Notes under the pieces: generated by a model
Database searches by the model: none
What the model saw: only the letters and a program-made list of their open reading frames with translations
What the model was told of the DNA's origin: nothing
Made by a program: the position numbers and the translations under genes
Shown: one piece after another, positions 56,806-64,000 of the stretch
Position numbering within the stretch: the first letter of the stretch is position 1
How the letters are laid out: every line of letters begins with the position of its first letter
Origin: a virus
Direction: 5' to 3' (one strand)
DNA: 64,000 nt
IMG/VR virus record: IMGVR_UViG_3300027977_000009

Positions 56806-58637
56806 AACTTACACGAGCCACACTCAGATTCGTCATCAAAGTCGATAGGATCTAACATGACAGGCATGTCGTCGGCTTCTTCTTTAGAACCCTGCTTATT
56901 AATCAGTGAGTAATAAAGTGTCTTTAAACCATAGTAGTGTGCAAGCATCAAGTTCTTTGCGATCAGGGTAGTAGGTACCTTACGATCAGGGAAGTGTGCT
57001 GGATTGTAGAACGTGTCAGTAGAGATTGATTGATCCATAAATGCTGCCAGTACCGCAGAGGTCTTTAGATAGCCGATGCAGTCAGTTTGCTCCCACATTA
57101 ACTGATAGTTCTTACGTACCTTTGCGTTATGATACTCGGGAACGACTTGAACGAAGGCGCCGGCTTTAGATTCCTTGATAGTAATCAAGTTCATGGGCAA
57201 TGCGATACCATTCGTAGAGTTGATGACAACCGATGATGATTCAACAGGAGCAATTGCCCCTATGGTAGCATTACGAACCCCATGAAGTTTCATCTCTTGT
57301 CTGAGTGATTCCCAGTCAAGTTCAGGGTTAAAATTAGCTAATTCATTAGAGCCTTTTGCCCTGAGTTCCCAAGGGAAAATTCCCTGACCATATCGAGTCT
57401 TGTCGCTATCTAAACATTTGCCACGTTCTTTGGCGAGTTCAATATTAGCTTCCATCAAATAATAGGTCTGTCGCTCTGCCCAACGTTTAACTTCCTGTAG
57501 AGCATCTGCTTCACCATACTTCATACCGCGTTTGGCATGCCAGTATGCGAGATTGGTAACGCCGATACCAATTGGTCTAATCTCATCGTTTGATAGCTTG
57601 CTCTGAATTGACAAGAAATCTTGATAGTCTAGGATATTATTCAAACTACGTAATAGCAGACGACATGCTTTACGCATTTCTTCTGGATTCTTAAATGCTC
57701 CCCAATTCATGCTCCCGAGGGTACACAAACTTATTCGGCCGGCCGGGTCATCTAGTCTTTTGAACGGTTTCGTAGGCAACAGTATCTCAACGCAAAGATT
57801 AGACTGATAGATCGTATGATACTCAGGATCAAAAGGACCTTGATTCATGACGTTATCAATGAAGACAAGATAGATACGACCGGTGTCAGTGCGTTCTTTG
57901 AGGATACCGCCCTTGAATACTTCTTCTGCACTCATCGTCTTCTTGCGAAGGTCTTTGCGCTTCTCGTATTTTACATAGAGTTCTTCGAATCTTGTTGTGT
58001 TCTGATAAAAGGCTTCATACAGATCAGGAACTTCGTTAGGATCAAAGAAGGTAATGTTTTGCTTATTCTTAAAACGTCGCCAGAAGAATGCAGATAATAC
58101 AACACCATAGTCCATATGACGGACACGAGTCTCTTCTGTACCTTGATTATTCTTTAATACGATTAGGTCATCAAATTGATAGTGCCATATGGGATAGAAA
58201 ATGGTAGCACTGGCATTCCTAATTCCACCCTGACTGTTATGGGTCAACACCATTGGTCCTTCATTGCTAGCTGACGCAAAAAAGGTATGTGTATCTTCTA
58301 CCGTAATATCAATGTAGGTTTCATCGTTATTTTGTTCGAAGTTTGCATCCATTAGACGTGTGACTTCAAAGTCAGTTAACACATCGTCGTTGTGGGTAAG
58401 TTCGTTCGGTTTCTTTTGATAAAAGTTTTCGGATTCATCCGAACATATAATAGGATGGTTCACTGAACAATTCAGAACTGTTCCGTTTTTAAATTCTAAA
58501 CGAGTTTGGTCTTGTCTTCCGACACGCGTATTCCATTTGTCGGTAACAGTCTTGAACACAACCTCGCCATGTTCGTTTTTGGTTTTGATTTTCATTCCGA
58601 TCGTCAAGTCTTTAATTTGTATTTTTTTAGTTTTCAT
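56802..58637 (-). CDS. nrdA: Split-intein C-fragment (134 aa) fused to the C-terminal part of ribonucleotide reductase alpha
   Basis: Block B CSVNHP, block F YIDITV, block G LTHN|S, then SQGGIRNASAT, SNLCVEI, LCTLG, KTLYY and C-terminal CGSC. Confidence 0.93.
   Translation of the reverse strand: MKTKKIQIKDLTIGMKIKTKNEHGEVVFKTVTDKWNTRVGRQDQTRLEFKNGTVLNCSVNHPIICSDESENFYQKKPNELTHNDDVLTDFEVTRLMDANFEQNNDETYIDITVEDTHTFFASASNEGPMVLTHNSQGGIRNASATIFYPIWHYQFDDLIVLKNNQGTEETRVRHMDYGVVLSAFFWRRFKNKQNITFFDPNEVPDLYEAFYQNTTRFEELYVKYEKRKDLRKKTMSAEEVFKGGILKERTDTGRIYLVFIDNVMNQGPFDPEYHTIYQSNLCVEILLPTKPFKRLDDPAGRISLCTLGSMNWGAFKNPEEMRKACRLLLRSLNNILDYQDFLSIQSKLSNDEIRPIGIGVTNLAYWHAKRGMKYGEADALQEVKRWAERQTYYLMEANIELAKERGKCLDSDKTRYGQGIFPWELRAKGSNELANFNPELDWESLRQEMKLHGVRNATIGAIAPVESSSVVINSTNGIALPMNLITIKESKAGAFVQVVPEYHNAKVRKNYQLMWEQTDCIGYLKTSAVLAAFMDQSISTDTFYNPAHFPDRKVPTTLIAKNLMLAHYYGLKTLYYSLINKQGSKEEADDMPVMLDPIDFDDESECGSCKL
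58236..58637 (-). mobile_element. IntC of the NrdA split intein
   Basis: Ends His-Asn followed by Ser+1. Confidence 0.92.
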
Positions 58638-60249
58638 CGTTCTTCACCGTCTTCCATACATATACGTTACTACCGCAATCCCAAAACCTTGTATATCCGT
58701 GATTTTTCATGTTTTCCCATTCACTTAAGGTACTATCATATGTAAGTAGTATTGATTGCAGTTTGTGTTTTTGATATTTTGTCCTATGTTCTAACCGACC
58801 ATTTACGATGTACCAATAGTTTGGATCACTGGTGTGACTTAGTGTCATTCCAATTTTGGTATAAACTTGACCGGTGTTCCACCTCAAGTCTGCATAACTA
58901 ATTATCGAGTTAGGAGTATGGGTAGTAATAAAATATGAAAATAGCTTAGATGCTCCACCGACAACTGTACTTTTCGATGCGTAGCGTATCATTTCATATT
59001 CATAATTAGTGTTGTATCTAGCCTTAGAAAAAGACATCACTGCTACAATCTCATTTTGGTATTCTAAAGCGAGTCGTACAGATGCCGAAGCCGCTCCTTG
59101 GATGTGCCATTTGTTCATAAATTCAGTATAAACAGGGGAACTAACCGAAACGATCTTGCATTTTCTTGCAAAGATTTTATCTTGTTTTCCGAGTTTGGCA
59201 AGTATTCGATGTTTTACTATTTCAAATTTTTCAGATAATTCATAGTCCGTGATGTGCATAAGTTGAACATCTTTGATTGCTGCCTGTTTGTTTTTGTTGA
59301 TATGATAAAATCGGTCTTTTATGTATGTTTCGCTGTGCCAAAACAGTCCGTCTATTTCTATGCCGATTTTATAATCGGGTAGATATAGGTCTATCTCTTT
59401 TCCCGATAGAATAGTTCTATCGCTTTGAATACATTCGACATCGTTCTCCTTTAGGAATTGCAGTAATTTTAACTCAAGGCTAGATACTATAATATTCGGG
59501 CGGGCTATGTTATGTTTTTTGTAATAGTTGAGAACAGTTGACCATGCTACTCCTAAGGTTTCTGATAGTGTGGTTGACGGGACGCTTTTATTTTCATGTA
59601 ACCAAACTGGGTCATCAAGTTTATCATAAATATCCGGATCTTTTCGGTTAGCGAGTGCAATGTCTCTAGAAAACGATAGCATCAATGCAGTTGGTACTCC
59701 GTAACGTTTAATGTTGGTTTCTGTAATTTTGTTACGGATAGTTTGGTTTGTTACTGGATTCACATATCCGTATTTCTCTAAATTGGTCTCACTGCGTTTT
59801 TTATTTGCTTCGTCAGTTGTGCCAGGACTCGTTGTCCCATATTTCAACAAATAGTCTTGCTTCAATTGAGCAACATATAGTGGATCTTGTCGGCGATATT
59901 CTACTCCGTAGCGTTCAATATTTGTTGCTTTTTTCTTGTTTTTGATACGTTCGTTTCTATATCCAGTATCTCCAAAATTATGCTCTAATGTGTTGTACTT
60001 TTTCTCTCTTGTATCTTGGCAGACAGACGCGCATTTTTTAGAACAAAAAACCGTATAACCTTTCCTGAATGATAAAAAAGTTGACGGAGAATCACATTCT
60101 TTGCATAACTTAGGTCCAAATAGCCCGTGATATGCCTGATATGCGACTTCTTTTGGTATGCTGTATTTTTCAAGGGCTCTAGCATTTAATGCTCCATTTT
60201 TTGCCAACAAGTGATCCTCAACAAATTTCTTATCAATCATCGTTGTCAT
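58627..60249 (-). CDS. Putative homing endonuclease inside the split nrdA (zinc ribbon, TN.E.YG repeats, Vsr-like nuclease, GNAT/Mom-like C-terminal domain)
   Basis: CKEC...FCSKKC; TNIERYGV, TNLEKYGY, TNIKRYGV; EIDLYLPDYKIGIEIDGLFWHS; GGASKL...ISYADLRW. Confidence 0.75.
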   Translation of the reverse strand: MTTMIDKKFVEDHLLAKNGALNARALEKYSIPKEVAYQAYHGLFGPKLCKECDSPSTFLSFRKGYTVFCSKKCASVCQDTREKKYNTLEHNFGDTGYRNERIKNKKKATNIERYGVEYRRQDPLYVAQLKQDYLLKYGTTSPGTTDEANKKRSETNLEKYGYVNPVTNQTIRNKITETNIKRYGVPTALMLSFSRDIALANRKDPDIYDKLDDPVWLHENKSVPSTTLSETLGVAWSTVLNYYKKHNIARPNIIVSSLELKLLQFLKENDVECIQSDRTILSGKEIDLYLPDYKIGIEIDGLFWHSETYIKDRFYHINKNKQAAIKDVQLMHITDYELSEKFEIVKHRILAKLGKQDKIFARKCKIVSVSSPVYTEFMNKWHIQGAASASVRLALEYQNEIVAVMSFSKARYNTNYEYEMIRYASKSTVVGGASKLFSYFITTHTPNSIISYADLRWNTGQVYTKIGMTLSHTSDPNYWYIVNGRLEHRTKYQKHKLQSILLTYDSTLSEWENMKNHGYTRFWDCGSNVYVWKTVKNDEN

Positions 60250-61177
60250 CCTCGTCTAGAACTTCTACCCAAGTATCTGGTGTCACGCAACAGCTACGCA
60301 GATCACCGAACCACTTCTTTAGGAATGGAATCATTCCTGTGTGCATGATTTCACCACCTCGAATAGGCGAACCGAGGGGACGAAGCCTGCCGATTTCTAA
60401 GCCAATACCAGCACGTTTACTAGCATATTTGGCCATCATCTCACCTGACGCAAAGATGCTATCAAGGTCATCGTCACTGCGAATAAGAACACAACTTGAA
60501 AACTGCTTAGTTGGTGTGCCCAATCCAGCAAGAACAGGTGTCGCTAATGTGAATAGTCCGTCGGATGCAGCATGATAGTAGTCCTTGATGTACTTCATTC
60601 TTGCATTGTTGGGTTCTTCTCTGTGGAATACAGTCGCAGCAGCGACCATGTATCTTACTTGGGGTGTTTCGTAAATCTCTTTAGTAGCACGATTTCGGAC
60701 TAGATATTTTTCAACTAGTTGTTCTACTGCTGCATATGCATATGTTTCGTCTTTGGCATGATCAATGATATCATTCATTTTGTTCCAGTCATCTTCTGAA
60801 TACCATTCAAGAAGTTCCGGAGTGTAAAGACCTGTAGCTATATTCTTTTTGACGATCTCATATAGATGAGGAGGAGTATACTGACCGTAAACTGACTTCC
60901 TGAGCATAGAAAGTCTTTGTTTTCCCGCTACATATTGATAGTTAGTATTACCGATATCTGGGTTCGATTCAACGTCAATCAAGTCTACGATGGCACGAAG
61001 AGTAAGTTCATCAATTTCTTGCGTAGTGATGCCGTCATAAAATTGAGGAGAAGCCTTGATTTCTATCATAGACTGGCTCACATCTGTGATGCCTTTACAT
61101 ATTTTCGTGATTTGCGCTTGCCATTTTTCTAGTGACAGTGGCTCTGTTTTCCCATTTCTCTTTATAATACTAATCAT
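60233..61177 (-). CDS. nrdA: N-terminal part of ribonucleotide reductase alpha (ATP cone) fused to the 18-aa intein N-fragment
   Basis: IIKRNG ATP cone, YETPQ, LATPV, QFSSCVL, RAGIG, DLRSC|CVTPDT. Confidence 0.93.
   Translation of the reverse strand: MISIIKRNGKTEPLSLEKWQAQITKICKGITDVSQSMIEIKASPQFYDGITTQEIDELTLRAIVDLIDVESNPDIGNTNYQYVAGKQRLSMLRKSVYGQYTPPHLYEIVKKNIATGLYTPELLEWYSEDDWNKMNDIIDHAKDETYAYAAVEQLVEKYLVRNRATKEIYETPQVRYMVAAATVFHREEPNNARMKYIKDYYHAASDGLFTLATPVLAGLGTPTKQFSSCVLIRSDDDLDSIFASGEMMAKYASKRAGIGLEIGRLRPLGSPIRGGEIMHTGMIPFLKKWFGDLRSCCVTPDTWVEVLDEDDNDD
60236..60289 (-). mobile_element. IntN of the NrdA split intein (18 aa)
   Basis: CVTPDTWVEV block A followed by acidic tail LDEDDNDD and stop. 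Confidence 0.9.
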
Positions 61178-61617
61178 ATTTTACCTATTTTCTTTGCTAG
61201 CACACCTATATCGATACGCCTTGTAATTTTAAATTCTGTTAGATCAGTATTTAGTACTGACTCCGGGCACCAGTTCATTACATATTTTGCGTTATCGACC
61301 AAGACTACTACACTATCTCTATTATCATACATTATTTCCACAAAGTCAATGTCCTGTACTCCCAATAACATCAATGTGTATAACATACCTAAAGCACGCG
61401 CATACTCACAATAGTTATTATCATTCAACAAGTTCCAGGGATCGGGCCAATCTTGTATATCTGCCGGATGCAGATAATGATTACTCATTGGGCATTTTTG
61501 CCAAAACCTGTCGACCTCAACACATATAGTTTGTATATCGGAGTCTTTCAATGATGTTCTTAACTCATGCCAATTTCGGAGCCTAATGTAATAATCAGAC
61601 AAGAACACATTCATCAA
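61174..61617 (-). CDS. Hypothetical phage protein
   Basis: 147-aa ORF, WPDPWNLL..N.YC; ATGA coupling to nrdA. Confidence 0.6.
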   Translation of the reverse strand: MMNVFLSDYYIRLRNWHELRTSLKDSDIQTICVEVDRFWQKCPMSNHYLHPADIQDWPDPWNLLNDNNYCEYARALGMLYTLMLLGVQDIDFVEIMYDNRDSVVVLVDNAKYVMNWCPESVLNTDLTEFKITRRIDIGVLAKKIGKI

Positions 61618-61647
61618 TATACTATCTTAAAAAACAAATTGCAGGCA

Positions 61648-62661
61648 TCAAAACATCATGAAGAAATTACCAGAGTTTGCGCTTCCTGGTGTATATTCGA
61701 TTATAATCAATCCATTGCCGCCATCGCCGCCGAAACCGCCGTTGCATGTGCCGTCGCCTGAAGAATTTATCGAGCCACCGGACCCGCCACCGCCGCCGCC
61801 CACTCCGCCATTCCGGCCGTTGCCCCCAAAGATGAAATTGCCAGATATCGTTGCGGAGGCGCCCCCTCCGCCTCCGCCTCCGCCGCCGGCACCCGCTGTT
61901 CCACCTGCGGTAATAGTATATTCAGCACCCGCGCCGCCTTCGCCGCCGTCGGTGCCGGACTCGTTGGTGGAGCCAGATGCTCCGCCGCCGCCGCCGCCAG
62001 CACCGGTTGTACCATCGCCGCCTACTACGACGCCGGTGCCGCCTGCGCCACCGGCATTGTTTGGATATCCGTTACCGCCGGTGCCACCAGTTTGGGTGAC
62101 CGGTGCTCCGCCGACAGAACGTACTCCGCCACCGCCCGATCCTCCCGTTCTAATTCCAGCAATTGTGGCGCCGCCAGCGAAGCCATTGCCAAGATTGCTG
62201 GCGGCGGATCCGCCAGCACCACCGCCCCCCGAAACACTAGAAAGTGCAGCACTGCCACCGGCACCTCCGCTATATCTTGTAGTGCCGACTCCTGCCCCAG
62301 CAACGCCGCCAGCACCGCCGGATGTGCCGGCTGGGCCAGAACCGCCCTTAGCTAGAGCGCCATTTGTAGCAAGAGTAGGAGCACTATTAGCAGCTTTATT
62401 AAACCAAGTGTCGCCACCGTTCTGAATCTCGTCAACGAGGCCGCCGGTACCGACCCGTATGTTTGCTGTTCCGCCCCCGGTAAGACCCGTAACTGTAGTA
62501 AGAGAAAACGCCCCGCCGCCGCCGCCGCCAGACGTGAAGCCGACGGCGCCGCCAGAGCCGGCGCCGCCGCCGCCGATACAAATAACGGTAACAACTGTCG
62601 AGGTAGTGATGTCAGCTGGTATAGTCCAAGTTGTGCCAGAAGTAAGTTTTATCGTAGGCAT
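61648..62661 (-). CDS. Glycine-rich tail-associated protein
   Basis: Very Gly-rich, IGGGGAG...GGGG and GGNGLIIIEY; locally GC-rich. Confidence 0.7.
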   Translation of the reverse strand: MPTIKLTSGTTWTIPADITTSTVVTVICIGGGGAGSGGAVGFTSGGGGGGAFSLTTVTGLTGGGTANIRVGTGGLVDEIQNGGDTWFNKAANSAPTLATNGALAKGGSGPAGTSGGAGGVAGAGVGTTRYSGGAGGSAALSSVSGGGGAGGSAASNLGNGFAGGATIAGIRTGGSGGGGVRSVGGAPVTQTGGTGGNGYPNNAGGAGGTGVVVGGDGTTGAGGGGGGASGSTNESGTDGGEGGAGAEYTITAGGTAGAGGGGGGGGGASATISGNFIFGGNGRNGGVGGGGGGSGGSINSSGDGTCNGGFGGDGGNGLIIIEYTPGSANSGNFFMMF

Positions 62662-62858
62662 TATTCAGCTCCAGTTGGTGTTGCAGCAAACTCGATGCCA
62701 TTCCAATACCATCCGATGTCGCATTTTTGTCCTGTCATGATCTCGATGATCTGGCAATCATCCGGCCAAGGATCAGACGGGGCAGCAACAATGATATTGA
62801 TCACTAATCCATCTGAAAGCTGACAGACAGCGCATCTAGTTGAAATATATTCAGTCAT
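62661..62858 (-). CDS. Small tail-fibre-associated protein
   Basis: V.NIIVA....IGWYWNGIEF pattern; GAGGA SD. Confidence 0.6.
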   Translation of the reverse strand: MTEYISTRCAVCQLSDGLVINIIVAAPSDPWPDDCQIIEIMTGQKCDIGWYWNGIEFAATPTGAE

Positions 62859-62873
62859 GTTTATTCCTCATAT

Positions 62874-64000
62874 CTAAGCCTGCTGCGCTACAGCAATTAC
62901 ATCCCAAAATCCAGCAGTAGAATTATATATGCATCCGATGTAGACTGTTTTAGAAATTACGGTAGTTGTTGGCAGTGTTGTACCTATAGCCCGATAACCA
63001 CCGGCAGATGTAGTCCATGTCAATGCCTGTGCCGTGCCGTTATCACCAATTCGTATTGTTAGTTTTTGTCCGTTAACAGGAGTTCCACTTGGTATAGCTA
63101 TAGTTGCGGCCGTTGCAAGGGCGGTTACCTCATATTGATCAGATGTGTCACCGGTTGGTGTGATAGTAGCAGCCGAAGCGATTGCACCGATGCGTGGATT
63201 AATGCGGGTCGAGCTAATACCGGTACCGGTGACAACAAGAACGTTAGCGTTACCGGCAACAGACATGTTGATATTGCCGTTGGCTGCTGGCATGTTGACG
63301 TTCGAGTTGCCATTTGCATAAGGACCAATCAAGTTACCAGCAGTTAAGTTACCTGATACACCCAATGTACCAGTAATGTTGGCACCAGTTGAGGTAGCAA
63401 TGATTCTTGCTCCACCAACTGCATTTAGTGTAACGTTTCCGTTTGCTGTTATAGTTACGTTTGAGTTGCCGTTCTGCAATAATCCACTGTTGATGGTAGT
63501 GATGTTACCAGTCGTGATAGTTGCAGTTGATAATGTACCGACTGATGTAATATTTGGCTGTGCTGCTGTTGTTACGGTACCTGCTGTGGTAGCACTTGTT
63601 GCTGTGCCGGCAGTAGCTACACTTAGATTTGCTACTTGTGTCGTTGAAGTCACTACGAATGGGGCAGTACCAGTTGCTATGTTAGAGATGAGTTGCGGTG
63701 CGGTTATGTTTGCAGTAGCGAGTACTTGTGCAGTACCTAAGTTACCAACGTTAGCATTACCTGACACGCCCAATGTACCAGTAATGTTGGCACCAGTTGA
63801 GGTAGCAATGATTCTTGCTCCACCAACTGCATTTAGTGTAACGTTTCCGTTTGCTGTTATAGTTACGTTTGAGTTGCCGTTCTGCAATAATCCACTGTTG
63901 ATGGTAGTGATGTTACCAGTCGTGATAGTTGCAGTTGATAATGTACCGACTGATGTAATATTTGGCTGTGCTGCTGTTGTTACGGTACCTGCTGTGGTAG
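62874..64000 (-). CDS. Tail fibre-like protein, 3' part (starts beyond the window end)
   Basis: Frame open to the window end; repeats shared with 21879-24584; C-terminal YIGCIYN....WDVIAV. Confidence 0.75.
   Translation of the reverse strand, partial: TTAGTVTTAAQPNITSVGTLSTATITTGNITTINSGLLQNGNSNVTITANGNVTLNAVGGARIIATSTGANITGTLGVSGNANVGNLGTAQVLATANITAPQLISNIATGTAPFVVTSTTQVANLSVATAGTATSATTAGTVTTAAQPNITSVGTLSTATITTGNITTINSGLLQNGNSNVTITANGNVTLNAVGGARIIATSTGANITGTLGVSGNLTAGNLIGPYANGNSNVNMPAANGNINMSVAGNANVLVVTGTGISSTRINPRIGAIASAATITPTGDTSDQYEVTALATAATIAIPSGTPVNGQKLTIRIGDNGTAQALTWTTSAGGYRAIGTTLPTTTVISKTVYIGCIYNSTAGFWDVIAVAQQA
63361..64000. repeat. Identical direct repeat of at least 232 bp (63361-63592 and 63769-64000, 408-bp period)
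   Basis: Base-by-base comparison; the second copy reaches the window edge. Confidence 0.85.

Noticed and set aside
58627-60249. Group I intron explanation for the nrdA and clpA interruptions
   Set aside because: The inserts are almost fully coding with overlapping ORFs, leaving no room for a ribozyme core, and intein motifs flank both junctions exactly.
1-64000. Stop-codon reassignment as the cause of split genes
   Set aside because: Conserved genes are full length in the standard code, TAA, TAG and TGA all end genes, and the split halves are out of frame or separated by whole genes.

Overview
64 kb of a large tailed dsDNA bacteriophage genome (AT-rich, standard genetic code, nearly all genes on the minus strand). 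It has T4-like replication genes (gp41-like helicase, gp61-like primase, gp44-like clamp loader, UvsW-like helicase), virion and tail-fibre genes, a GH19 endolysin, chaperones (ClpA-like, DnaJ, GroES) and auxiliary metabolic genes (metK, glyA, def, iscA, phoH, class II aldolase, nrdA/nrdB/glutaredoxin). The main signal is gene fragmentation. (1) clpA and (2) nrdA are each broken into two ORFs carrying an atypically split intein (N-fragments of only 28 and 18 aa, C-fragments of 137 and 134 aa), with a free-standing Vsr/PD-(D/E)xK-like endonuclease gene between the halves, on the opposite strand in clpA. (3) An Rnl1-type RNA ligase is split out of frame by a 61-nt hairpin spacer. (4) A DnaE-like polymerase core is present as two mini-genes about 20 kb apart with no intein. 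Also seen: probable ATT and CTG start codons, several leaderless sigma70-type genes, a T4-late-like GATAAATA motif, a duplicated 43-bp promoter and repeat modules shared between two tail-fibre genes. No tRNA, rRNA or CRISPR array was recognised. All calls come from reading motifs by eye; no database search was run.
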